The notes beneath the pieces were generated by a model, which had not been told where the DNA came from, made no database searches, and saw only the letters and a program-made list of their open reading frames with translations. Of a stretch of DNA of 64,000 bases, positions 1 to 10,570 are shown in pieces (position 1 is the first letter of the stretch; every line of letters starts with the position of its first letter). Location: contig CBFDEM010000005.1 in NCBI GenBank assembly GCA_965603825.1, positions 682,001-746,000 of the forward strand. Reading direction: 5' to 3'. The stretch is from Blepharisma stoltei ATCC 30299 (Eukaryota > Protista > Ciliophora). Made by a program: the position numbers and the translations under genes.

Positions 1-411
1 CTCAGTTAATTCTCTATCGAAAATCATCGATGATTTTGATGGTAAATTCTCATATAAAATTTTAGTCAATTTGTGCAGAGCTAAGTGCGCAACATCCATA
101 TCTGATAATTTTGAATTTTTCCTATAATTTTCAGTTGAAAAATGATCATGTCGCCTATAAGTTTCGCCTAAAATTTCTGAGCAATAATTAATATGTCGTC
201 AATATTTATTTTCTGGCATTTTTGAATAAATTAAATTAGAGACCCCTATATCTCGAAAAACTTCCATAGTCCTGGAATGTAGAAAATGAGCACTTGGATG
301 CTGACTTAATTTTTTTTGTTTTTCAAGAATAACGTTTTCTATTCCTGATAGACCTAACAGATGGGAACAAGTAAGTCCAACAGGGCCAGCTCCTATTATA
401 ATGATTTTCAT
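1..411 (-). CDS. FAD-dependent aromatic monooxygenase (PheA/TfdB-like, FAD_binding_3), runs off the window edge
   Basis: N-terminal IIIIGAGPVGL Rossmann motif and HPSAHFLHSRTMEVFR. Reading TGA 199-201 as Trp gives KY-W-RHINYCSEILGE..DHF and keeps the frame open to base 1. Confidence 0.8.
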
Positions 412-456
412 TATTATTTTGATAAGAGAAGTTCTGAAGAAATTATATTATTAAAT

Positions 457-798
457 ATGGATAGCCGCGTTAGAGCTTCTCATATTCTTTTAAAGCACAC
501 AGGATCCAGAAATCCTAATGACTCTTACAGAAAACGCCCTGTTACTCGTTCTTTTGAAGAAGCAAAAGCTGGAATTGAGCGGGTTCAAAAGCGTCTGGCA
601 GCTGGAGAAAGGTTTGATGCAATTGCAAGAGAACTCAGTGAGTGTGGAAGTGCAGCAAACGGAGGAGATCTTGGATTTTTCACTAGAGGACAAATGCAAA
701 AACCATTTGAGGATGCCGCTTTCGAATTGCAGCCTGGCCAGATGTCTGGGCCAGTGGTTTCTGATTCTGGGATTCATATCATTTTAAGAACAGGTTAA
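457..798 (+). CDS. PIN1: Pin1-type parvulin peptidyl-prolyl isomerase without a WW domain
   Basis: VRASHILLKH.GSRNP, SECGSA..GGDLGFF.RGQMQKPFEDAAF and SDSGIHII motifs. ATG 457 preferred because the upstream ORF extension overlaps the monooxygenase. Confidence 0.92.
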   Translation: MDSRVRASHILLKHTGSRNPNDSYRKRPVTRSFEEAKAGIERVQKRLAAGERFDAIARELSECGSAANGGDLGFFTRGQMQKPFEDAAFELQPGQMSGPVVSDSGIHIILRTG

Positions 799-878
799 AT
801 TCTTTCTTATATATTTTTGTTTATTATAAAATTACTACAAAAACAATCGAGAAATTCATTGATTATTTATGTGTCAAG

Positions 879-2111
879 CTAATCTTCTCTGTCCATATCT
901 AATTCTTTTTTCCTCTGCTTGCCATCATATGAATAGCATGGGTTTGGTGCGTTGTAAAATGGGCTTTCCGTATAGTTCGAAATGGCAGGAGAGCATGCTA
1001 TGACTTTTTCTCTGAGCATGGTGACAACTTTTTCTGTAGAATGTCTAAGGTATTCTTTTGAGTTTTGGTTTTCCATGTTACTAATAGATGGGACTAATGA
1101 AAAATCAGGACCATAGTAGCCTAAATATTCATCCCAGTCAGGCAGTTTTGGGTCTAGCTCATATCCACAAGCAATAGCTGTTTCATAAGCCCAACATCTG
1201 CCTACATTTCTTAATGTATATCCACCACCGCCTATCAGAAGTATTGGCTTTCCAAAGCTTTTCACGTACTCAACACAAGCTCCATGCCCTTTGATTGACA
1301 AGTTAAAACACCCAAGTCTATCTCCAGACAAAGAGTCAGCGCCAGACTGTAATACAATGACTTCAGGGTTGTAGATCTCCATGACTGTGTCAATGACTGG
1401 CTTGAATATTGTGATATAGCTATCATCGTCCATTCCTTCGTTTAAAGGCACATTAACCGAATACCCATCTCCTACTCCATGGCCGGTATCATTGAAATTT
1501 CCAGTGTCAGGGAAATAGTTCCCAAATTTATGGAATGAACAAGTCATGACTCGATTTGTGGTATAAAAGGCTTCTTCTACCCCATCCCCATGGTGAATAT
1601 CTATATCAATATAAAGTACTCTATAATGGTTTTTTAAAAGCTCTAAAGCCCCTAAAACACAGTCATTTATATAGCAAAAACCACTAGCTTCTTGCTGCTT
1701 AGCATGGTGAAGTCCGCCCGACCAATTTACAGCGATATGATTTCTCCCTTCATTGATTGCGTTAGCGCCTATAATGCTGCCTGCTGCTGTAAGTTTGCAG
1801 TAGTCCCATAGTCCTTCAAAAACAGGACAGTCTTCTCCCATGTTAAAACCAATAAAAAGATCTAAATAATCATTCAGATTTTCAGGAGTCACTGTTTTAA
1901 GGAAATCCAAATAATCTTCTGTATGAAAGTACGATATATCTTCTTCGATAGTAGGAGGGACTGAGCTGCCATCAACTACTTCTAATTGATCAAGGACCCC
2001 ATAATTTTTCAGCAAGGAATTGCACATTCGGACTCTGTGTGGCTTCATGGGGTGTCCAAGGCCATAAATAAAGTTTCCTACTTCATCGTCAAAATAATAA
2101 AGCACTTTCAT
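879..2111 (-). CDS. HDAC1: Class I histone deacetylase (Rpd3/HDAC1-like)
   Basis: GHPMKPHR, GEDCPVF, WSGGLHHAK, ASGFCYIND, YIDIDIHHGDGVEEAFY, GADSLSGDRLGCFNL and GGGGY motifs. Confidence 0.95.
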   Translation of the reverse strand: MKVLYYFDDEVGNFIYGLGHPMKPHRVRMCNSLLKNYGVLDQLEVVDGSSVPPTIEEDISYFHTEDYLDFLKTVTPENLNDYLDLFIGFNMGEDCPVFEGLWDYCKLTAAGSIIGANAINEGRNHIAVNWSGGLHHAKQQEASGFCYINDCVLGALELLKNHYRVLYIDIDIHHGDGVEEAFYTTNRVMTCSFHKFGNYFPDTGNFNDTGHGVGDGYSVNVPLNEGMDDDSYITIFKPVIDTVMEIYNPEVIVLQSGADSLSGDRLGCFNLSIKGHGACVEYVKSFGKPILLIGGGGYTLRNVGRCWAYETAIACGYELDPKLPDWDEYLGYYGPDFSLVPSISNMENQNSKEYLRHSTEKVVTMLREKVIACSPAISNYTESPFYNAPNPCYSYDGKQRKKELDMDRED

Positions 2112-2852
2112 TTAATTTTAACAAACCATTTTAATAACTGGGAAAAATGGACTGCAAAACAAGGGAAATTTAAAGTTTGATATTGGCGGAATAGAAGGAG
2201 TGATGTTTAAAGGATAGGAAGACTTTTTGGATTTGAGTAAATTTGATGATAATAAATGAGATCAGAAAGATTTTTTTTATTTAATTGTGAAAAATAAAGT
2301 ATGAGAATGCTTGTATGGAATATTATTATCATTAAGATCTATAAGCATGTATAAGAATTATTGTTGAGGCTTAATTGATGACTGTGGTGAGCTATTTATA
2401 TATGAATCACACTTTTATTTTAGAAGGCTAATTGGCGTGGCTATTTCTAAGTTAATTCATTATAAAAAGTAATAACTACAAGCAATATAATTCATAGACA
2501 GAAATAAATAAGAATATAACCCTTACGCCATCTTTCTATGTTGAAACTAGCTTATAATGTGAAAATCCACTCAAAAGCTGTTCTGAAAAATTCTGTTTGT
2601 ACACAAAATGTTTTTACGTTATTATATTCTGCATCATTTCCCGGAAAAACTCTAATTAACCAAAGAAAAGCCATTAAATCATCTTTCTCCAAACAAACAG
2701 GGATAGCCAGAAAATGGATAACTCTAGAATAGTTGAGAAATTGCCCTAATGGAGCCAAAATTCATCTCAAAAACTTAACAAAACTTATTTCCCACTTAAT
2801 TATAAACAAAAAGATTGTACGTTTTAATATATAATTACTTTACTCAAAATCA

Positions 2853-3341
2853 CTAATCACTATTAGTCATCGGCGCAGCTTGAGTTTTCCCTATGAATCG
2901 TCCTTTAACTCTTATTCTCCTATCAGCAACCCGCTTCCTGCAGTCGTAGCTGATTTTTTTGCCCCATTGTCTCCTTTTCTTTTTCTCTTGGTATCTGAGA
3001 ATTTTTAATTTTCTCTCTTCAGGACTTAAAGTGCCAATGCGTTTCATTGTGGTTGGTACCAGAATTTGAAAAGCAATTGGCAATTTAGGAACCTCAACAT
3101 TGACGTAGTCGTCTATAATGTGAGGGCTGAGAGAAGAATTGAAAGAGGGTTCTTTGGGCTGGGATTTACATTCGAAATCAAAGGGATCAAAGCTGAAATC
3201 ATCGATGTTTGAGCACGTTGAAGAAGAGAGAAGATCGACAAATGATGAAGATCTCTCTCTCTTCTCTATAAGGGATATGTCAAAATCCAGGAGATTTTGT
3301 TCAAAATCAGTTTGGTTTGCCTCCCACGCGGATAAGTACAT
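2853..3341 (-). CDS. CCT-motif (CONSTANS/CO-like/TOC1) protein
   Basis: C-terminal ERKLKILRYQEKKKRRQWGKKISYDCRKRVADRRIRVKGRF. First in-frame ATG is 3341. Confidence 0.8.
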   Translation of the reverse strand: MYLSAWEANQTDFEQNLLDFDISLIEKRERSSSFVDLLSSSTCSNIDDFSFDPFDFECKSQPKEPSFNSSLSPHIIDDYVNVEVPKLPIAFQILVPTTMKRIGTLSPEERKLKILRYQEKKKRRQWGKKISYDCRKRVADRRIRVKGRFIGKTQAAPMTNSD

Positions 3342-3976
3342 ATTTTTATCAGGCAACAATAGACAATATGCTAATATGAATGGATTAACGTTAGATCTAT
3401 ATAGAGATTTGTTCTTGGAGAAAGAGAATTTCAAGTTTCCTTTATTATGAAATAGGGTTAAATATGATTCTATGGTGTATTTTTTTTGTTTGACTACTGA
3501 TGCGAGGTTAGAGAAAATTAGAGAGATTTAACCCAGAATTCCTTATAATAAGTGATTGGTTAAGAAAGAGATATTTTAATTTCTAAGGATGTACCTTGAA
3601 ATTGCATGAAACTATATAAAAGATAATTAAGATTTTATAAATTTTCACCTAGCTTTTTTATTGATTTTTATAAGATGAATAGCTTAGGGATGCCAAAATC
3701 TTTCCAATGGCCTAGCTTTCATAGTTTTTCCTTCGACCCATATTTACTTCGGTATAGATTTTAATTTGCCCTGCCATATTAAACTATGTTTGAGATCAAA
3801 ATTTGATAAGTTTGAATCTTCAGAGACTCAAAAAAATTATAGCAATTAATAATCACCTTAGTTATATGCAGATTTAAAAATTATAATTATTTTGCAATCA
3901 TAAAAAAATAAATTCTAATAAAATAAAAAAATAGAATTTCATGCAATTTAATTATGCTGAAATTTATGAAAACTTA

Positions 3977-4852
3977 TTACTCTTCTTCTTTTTTATTTCC
4001 TAATGACTTCTCAAAACTTTCCATCAAAATCAGCGTTTTATGTTTTTTATTTCTTTTTTTCTCAGCTTTAAACTCATGCTCCATCATATAATAATCCTGC
4101 TCTTTCCTACTCATTCGTGCTAGCCCTGCCCTTAAGCTATTTCTCGGAATTCTATGCAAATGCTCCTCTAAAAAAGCCCTTAACATAGCTTTTCTTTTTT
4201 TCCCAACCTGCCTCATTACTTGCCCAATGGCATTTTGTATTTCTTTTTCTTCACAGTTATCTAGCAGAAGTCTGCATACTTCTAATGCTAGCGGGGCTTT
4301 ATTTTTATCAATTGCACATTTTCTTATCGCAAGTGCAGAAGCTCTTCTAATATTCGGATGTGGGTCTTTTGCTCAATTTATTATTAAAGCAATTCAGCTC
4401 TGTTTATCATTTATAAATGGCATTAAGCAATATTCACAAAAATCAACCAGTGAATCTTTATCGAATAAGCCTGTCTCTATTCAATTTTTAAAGATATTTA
4501 AATTGGAAATTTCGTCAGAAATTTCATGATAATGATACATCATGTAAAAAATCGATGACATTTGAAGGCTGCGCTCTGGGATGTTGAGGAAAATATATGG
4601 GACAAAGTTCATTACCTCGTGTATTGATCACTGAGAAGTTTTGGCAAGAAGGGATCGGGCTACTTTTCTTAAATAAATACCATTAAGTTTTTCATAATAA
4701 AGAGCAGGGTCGTGATAGATTTGGGTGGGAGGGTGATTTTTAGGGAGAAAGCGAATGAGTTTTTTATTGAATTTTGTAATAAAAAAGTCACGGGCGGATG
4801 GGTAATCTTTTATTAAGCCTTGAGTTTTATTCATGGTAATTATAGGGGGCAT
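3977..4852 (-). CDS. AlkD-like HEAT-repeat DNA alkylation repair protein (291 aa, 4 TGA=Trp)
   Basis: ORFs 4628..4852 and 3977..4216 share a frame and are joined through TGA at 4628, 4481, 4394 and 4373. Motifs N-W-AKDPHPNIRRAS and IQKAIGQVMRQVGK..FLEEH. Confidence 0.7.
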
Positions 4853-4886
4853 TTTTATTATAAGAAAATTTGGGGGCTAATAATTA

Positions 4887-5507
4887 ATGAGAGATATAGC
4901 TATTATCGCTCTTCTTAAAGGAGTCCAACAAACAGCTGCTAAGTTCGGCTATGAAGAAGATATAATTAAATCATGAATTGCAAACTTAAACGACGATCCA
5001 TTTTTTGCTGCAATTAGAAAATTAATATGGGAATGCTTATGTAAATCTGACATAGAAGTGACTTCAATGACTTTTAAACTTTCCCTTAATTCCTTGCAGA
5101 TTTTTAAAAAGCATTATGAGGCAAATATTGATGTAAATGATTTATTGCTGAAAGAAGGCGAAGAAAATAAAATCAGCAAGGTGTCTGTTGAAGGAAACAA
5201 AAAAGTCGAAGAAAATAAAAATGAGGAATTTTCTGAGACAAATATAGTCAAAAATAAAGAGGAAAATGTAGAGGAGTTGATAGATGAAAATATTGAAGGA
5301 AAATTTGAAAATGAAGAAAATACTGATATGGATATAGAATATGAAGAGGAGAAAAAAGAAATCAGCCAAAATCCTGCATGATTTGAAGAGGATGAAGAAG
5401 AAATTAATAATTTAGGTTTAGCTGAAAAAGATAAGACTGGAATGGAGAAAATTGATATTGAAAAACTAGGAGAAGCGCTGGATGAAATGGATTCTGACTA
5501 TGAATAA
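4887..5507 (+). CDS. Hypothetical acidic protein (206 aa, 2 TGA=Trp)
   Basis: ATG 4887 is in frame with ORF 5058..5381 via TGA 4974 and 5379; ends TAA 5505-5507; Glu/Asn-rich. Confidence 0.55.
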
Positions 5508-5908
5508 TTTTTAGACGAATCATAATAAAGTAATTAAAATATGATAATCAAAATAAATATGAAATTTTATTTAAATGAGAGGAAATCATTATCTTAAGCA
5601 AAATTTAGTTTGTAAAAATAAACTTGATGCCTTTTTAAAATGAGTTTAAGAAATTTTCATTAAAATTGAATGCCAGAAAGCAAGCATTTCTGGCTCAATG
5701 TGATGAAATTTATATATAGTAATTTTTTTGTAAATGATTAGTAAAAATGAATATGATGCTTATTATTTATTTTCAAGAATTTTAGCAATGTATAAACAAT
5801 GATCTTATTGAAACAATAAAAATTTACCCAAAACTGCCAGAAAAAAAAACCTTATAAATGGAGTTATTTATAAACAATGTTTTATTTATTAAGCAGCTTA
5901 AATTCTTC

Positions 5909-6307
5909 TTAAGGAAGCCACGAAATAGTATTAAGTAGTTGAATAACATTGTCATGCGGCCTCGATAAATGGTTTCTTAGGTGGTGCATTGATGAGTATT
6001 GCTTATTACACCCCAACATAGGGCATCTGAATTTTTGGCGATCATGAACCATTTTGTGGTGATAAGATCTTGCGCTTGATGATGAAAAAGCTTTATCGCA
6101 ACCCCTCTCGCACTGGTAAGGCTTCTCCAAAGAATGCTTGCTATTGCGATGTCTTCCCAGTTGTTCTTTTGTTGCAAATTGTTTGCCACAGTCACAAGCA
6201 AATGGTCTATAGCCTTGATGAACGACCTTTACATGCCTTTCTAAGGAATAACGATGCTTAATAATTTGGTGACAATATTCGCATTCATATCTGTCATCTT
6301 TATCCAT
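5909..6307 (-). CDS. C2H2 zinc-finger protein (4 fingers)
   Basis: Four C..C..H..H units with RPF/EKPY-type linkers. Confidence 0.85.
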   Translation of the reverse strand: MDKDDRYECEYCHQIIKHRYSLERHVKVVHQGYRPFACDCGKQFATKEQLGRHRNSKHSLEKPYQCERGCDKAFSSSSARSYHHKMVHDRQKFRCPMLGCNKQYSSMHHLRNHLSRPHDNVIQLLNTISWLP

Positions 6308-6652
6308 ATTTTTGCAGAGTAGTAAATAACTTCAAAACTTCCCAATATGCAAGTTTAATAAAGGTTAAGAAAATTCTCATGATATTTAAAGAGAAATAAA
6401 AAATTAATTAAAGTAAAAAATTGGTTTTATTTTAAATTGAAAGATCAAGATTTTAGATTATAAATATTATTATTTTTGAATTTATTGAAAATATCAATTT
6501 ATTGCAAATTAATATTTTTAATACTGAGTAACATATTTTTTCATCTGGATCATAAAATCTCCATTTAAATTTTAATTAACTTTTCTTTTTTCAATTTTTG
6601 TTATTTAATTTTAAAATATTTTATTTTATCAATACATAAATAAAATTCTAGC

Positions 6653-7183
6653 TTAAGCCAACCTAAAGCTTTTGACACCCTCCCTAATCGCCAAAGCATT
6701 TTTTCTGCTCTCCCATATCAGATTCTTTTGCGTCCACTTCCAGCAAAATCCAAAGCATCTTTTCACAGACATTCTATTATTTACGTTAACAGTCATAAAT
6801 TTGACGCTCATTTCATCAGCAATTTTTTTACCGTTAAAAACCTTTTCATTCCCTCTAACTGATGCCACGATTGCACAGCCAAATGCATGCTTACTGATTT
6901 TTCTTAAAGTGTTTATTAAATTTTGGGCGTAATATAAAGACTCCGGCCTTGTAGGATCGTAAATAATTATTACTGAAGAAAATATAAGACCGTTAGGAAT
7001 ATCTCGGCTTTCAATAATTTCTAGTGTTTTTGAGGGAGATGGGTAAGAGATGGTATATTTATATTGCTTGGGCTGAGTAGTCGGGATATATGAAGGGGAG
7101 GTAAATGAATAAAGATATTGGGTTATAAAAGCAGTTTTTCCAGAAAGAGGGTCACCTAAAATCAAACACCTAGAGCAAGCCAT
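6653..7183 (-). CDS. Divergent Ras-superfamily small GTPase-like protein
   Basis: LILGDPLSGKT P-loop, YIPT G2-like and IIIYDPT..ESL; no DxxG or NKxD. Confidence 0.6.
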   Translation of the reverse strand: MACSRCLILGDPLSGKTAFITQYLYSFTSPSYIPTTQPKQYKYTISYPSPSKTLEIIESRDIPNGLIFSSVIIIYDPTRPESLYYAQNLINTLRKISKHAFGCAIVASVRGNEKVFNGKKIADEMSVKFMTVNVNNRMSVKRCFGFCWKWTQKNLIWESRKNALAIREGVKSFRLA

Positions 7184-7483
7184 TTTATTTTGTGATAAAT
7201 TTGAGACTACCTTGATAAGCCAGGGAGAGATATTGCAAAAGTCTTTATTCTAAGTTAATATTTAAATATAAGTGCATATTTTTATGTCAAAACGATTATC
7301 ATTTAGTATGCTAATATTGTCAATAATATTTATATCAATTTTAAATAAGATGCATGAAAGCATTGGCTTTCTGTTGATTAAGAATTTAAAAATAAATTTT
7401 GACGATGAATTTATAAATTAATCATCCATGCATAATAAAAAGAAATGACTTTTTACTAATAATTCTCATAATTTGATTCAAAT

Positions 7484-9110
7484 ATGTAAGATTTTATGCA
7501 GGTCAAATGGAAAAGACTCTCAATTCGAATCGCCCGGGAGGTCTCGCTCAATAGGCCACTATATACTTGGGAAAACTATAGGTCAAGGCACATTTGGAAA
7601 AGTTAAAATTGGCACTCATATCTTAACGGGAGAAAAAGTGGCAATTAAAATTCTTGAAAAAGCAAAAATTTCAGATAAAAATGATGTGGAGAGGGTTGCT
7701 AGAGAAATTCATATATTAAAGCTGCTAAGACATCCTAATATTGTGCAACTTTATGAAATTATTGAAACTCCGAAACTTTTATATCTGATCATGGAATTTG
7801 CAAGCGGCGGAGAGCTTTTCGATTTCATAGTTGCACACAATAGGGTCGAAGAATATGAAGCTTGTGTTATTTTTCAACAAATCCTAGCTGGAGTTGAGTA
7901 TCTTCATAAAATAAATATCGTTCATCGCGATTTAAAGCCAGAGAACTTACTTCTTGATAAAAAAAATCAAATAAAACTAGCCGATTTTGGGCTATCAAAT
8001 ACTTACAAGCCTGGACAGCTATTAAAAACAGCTTGTGGAAGCCCCTGCTATGCTGCCCCAGAAATGATAGCTGGGAAACGATATAAAGGCTCTCAAGTAG
8101 ACATATGGAGCTGCGGGGTAATTTTATATACGTTAGTATGCGGTTATTTGCCTTTTGATGATAAAAATACGACTCAGCTCTATAAAAAAATTTTGGGCGG
8201 AGACTACAAATGCCCAAATTTTATTTCTGAACCTGTGAAAGATCTGATTGGGAAAATTTTAAACGTTGACCCTGAAAACCGTTATAATATTGATCAGGTA
8301 AAACAGCATCCTTGATATAGAATGGCTCGACAAGAAATTCCTATTGGAATTATTATTGGGTTTGATAGAATTTTAATAGATGATGAAATGCTAGAAAGTC
8401 TTAATCAATTTGGCTTCAACATAAGCCAAGCCAGAAAATACATTGAAAGTAACAAGCATAATAACTTGACAACCACTTACTATTTATTGCTAAATAAGCA
8501 TGGGGAAGGAAGAATCAAGCCTCTCCAGCCTAAAATTCCTATCCCAAGAATCTCTATCGAAAAAGTTCCTGGAAACATTACAGAGCGTTCCAGAACGCCA
8601 AATAGCGATCGAAACTCAATTGAACTAAAACGTCCAAATACAACAAGACCCTCTATAGGCGCCCACAATAGAAAAGTTTCTCAAATCACAGAAACCCGTA
8701 AAGTGACAACACCAAAAGAAACTTTCAAATCAGTTTCCCCTACTTCACATAGGCCAAATGCATCACCAAAGCCATCAATTTACAGCAGACTCCAAAATAA
8801 AGAAAATCCTCCAAAAATAAGGCCAGTCATAAAAGTCCATAAAGGTCCTTTTAATGTCAGCTGCACAAGTGTAAAATCTTATGATGACATTGTAAAAATT
8901 GTTGGCAATGCGCTAGAAATAAATGATGTAGCCTTTAAACAAGGAAATTTAGGGAATTTTGAGTGTGAAAAGAGCAAGGTTAAGTTTGGGGTTGAAATTA
9001 ATAGTGTTGAAGGATATTCAAAACTATTAATTGTGAAATTTGTGAAAATTAATAATGGGGTGGGTTATGAGAGTGTATGTGAAGAAATTTTGAGCTCAAT
9101 GAATTTGTAG
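7484..9110 (+). CDS. AMPK/SNF1/MARK-family kinase with UBA and KA1-like tail; join(7484..7485,7502..9110), 536 aa
   Basis: GQGTFGKV, VAIK, HRDLKPEN, DFG and LKTACGSPCYAAPE. TGA 8313 supplies the W of HPW and fuses ORF 8322..9110. The start codon is restored by a 16-nt intron. Confidence 0.9.
7486..7501 (+). other. 16-nt spliceosomal intron (GTAAGATTTTATGCAG) splitting the kinase start codon
   Basis: GT..AG with A at -6. Removal gives AT|G TCA AAT GGA in frame; there is no other in-frame ATG before the kinase domain. Confidence 0.75.
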
Positions 9111-9228
9111 CTGAAATTATAAATAAAATGTGTGGAGATTTCATGTTAATAGCATATAGCCCAAAACAGATCTCTGCGTATTTAATATTATTTTTTAAAA
9201 ATTGATGGTTATTTAATTACATAGGAAT

Positions 9229-10380
9229 TTAAAATAAGATGCACTTAATGCATTTTTGGCTTTCCACGACTATTTGGGATTTCAGATCTGTATCGTCATT
9301 TTGGCTTTGTCTGTGCTTAATGAAAGACTTTTTAACGTTTTCTATATAATTTTCAGGCTCCATTTTTACTATTATTTCAGGTCCTTCATAATAGTCGTTA
9401 GTTGCCTTCTTATTGTCCTCTTCTTCATCGCTAATAAAAGTTTCTTGTGTCTGCTTATTTTCATTAGTCTCAAAGGGATTTACGGAATTTAATTTTTTTT
9501 CGTTTAAATCGTTTTCCAGCTTCTCAATTTCTTTTTCTTTTTCCAAATTAGATTTAACAGTTAAATTTAGCTGCACCAAAAGCCCATTAGTTTTTTCTTG
9601 AATTTCTTCTTTTTGCTTTGATAGCTCCTCTATAATTTCTTGCATTTTTGCTTTTTCTTCATGATTGCTAATAGAGCCTGAATTTTGGTCAGCTTTTCTT
9701 AATACTAAAATCCTTAAGGCCACTAATTCTTCAAATTTTTGTTTAAGCTCGCTCAGCTCATTTCGTCTATTTTCGTAATTTGTTTTTTCTTCATTTTTTT
9801 GGTTTTCCAGTTCCTCTACCACTTTTAAATCAACTCTTTGTTTTTCTTTCGCGTAATTAAGCTGAATTTCTAGCTCTTTTTGTTTTTTTAATAATTCTTC
9901 TTTATTTTTTTGAGCTGTGTTCCGTTTTTGTAATAATAAATCCAGCTGGACATCATAATCAGACTGGCTGTTTTCTAGATCTTCTTCTAAAGTTTTCCTT
10001 TCTTTAGAAAATTTTTCTCGGTTTTCGATTTCTTTATTTATCCTTAACTTTAATTCTGATATTTCTTGCCGATATTTTCTGTACTCACTATGAAAATCTG
10101 TTATTAAAATCCTTTGGCTGCAGGTTATGCACATTTTTTCTAATTTTTGGGTTTCTGGGTGAATAGCTTGTTTAGTGATGCATTTGGCACAGATTCCTCT
10201 ATAGCAAAACATGCAGGAATTTTTTTGTGAATGAGAAATTCCTGGGATATTTAAAGACATTTGGCAGACTTTGCATTGGGTGTCAAGTCTCCACTGTTCC
10301 CGATCTGAAGGAAGCTCAACTGAGAGGTCTTGGTCAGAGACTTCTGAAACCTCACTACTGGAAAATGATGAATAAGCCAT
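9229..10380 (-). CDS. FYVE-like zinc finger plus long coiled coil with C-terminal CaaX (CILF)
   Basis: W..D..CKVC..CMFC..ICAKC..MCITC, heptad-rich middle, ends KCIKCILF. Confidence 0.7.
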   Translation of the reverse strand: MAYSSFSSSEVSEVSDQDLSVELPSDREQWRLDTQCKVCQMSLNIPGISHSQKNSCMFCYRGICAKCITKQAIHPETQKLEKMCITCSQRILITDFHSEYRKYRQEISELKLRINKEIENREKFSKERKTLEEDLENSQSDYDVQLDLLLQKRNTAQKNKEELLKKQKELEIQLNYAKEKQRVDLKVVEELENQKNEEKTNYENRRNELSELKQKFEELVALRILVLRKADQNSGSISNHEEKAKMQEIIEELSKQKEEIQEKTNGLLVQLNLTVKSNLEKEKEIEKLENDLNEKKLNSVNPFETNENKQTQETFISDEEEDNKKATNDYYEGPEIIVKMEPENYIENVKKSFIKHRQSQNDDTDLKSQIVVESQKCIKCILF

Positions 10381-10570
10381 TTATATGATTATTCATTGAA
10401 AAATTGTCTAATAAATTCAATGAAATCAATAAAAAATTATGAATAATTCATTGAGTTGCTATTTAAAATGATATAGCTTCTTGCATTTAAAAAAAATAAT
10501 GTAAGCTTAAAGTAATATAATGACTTTTAAATAACATAAATTTTGCTGAAAAATAAGATTTAGTTGATAT

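Noticed and set aside
361-456. N-terminal extension of PIN1 (and similar extensions at 3434, 41783, 46907, 55719)
   Set aside because: They overlap neighbouring genes or AT-rich spacer, mostly begin at non-ATG codons and lack conserved sequence.
2538-2758. Overlapping 64-aa and 68-aa ORFs in a slightly GC-richer spacer
   Set aside because: No recognisable motif and no in-frame ATG for the minus ORF; may be UTR or decayed sequence, but unsupported.
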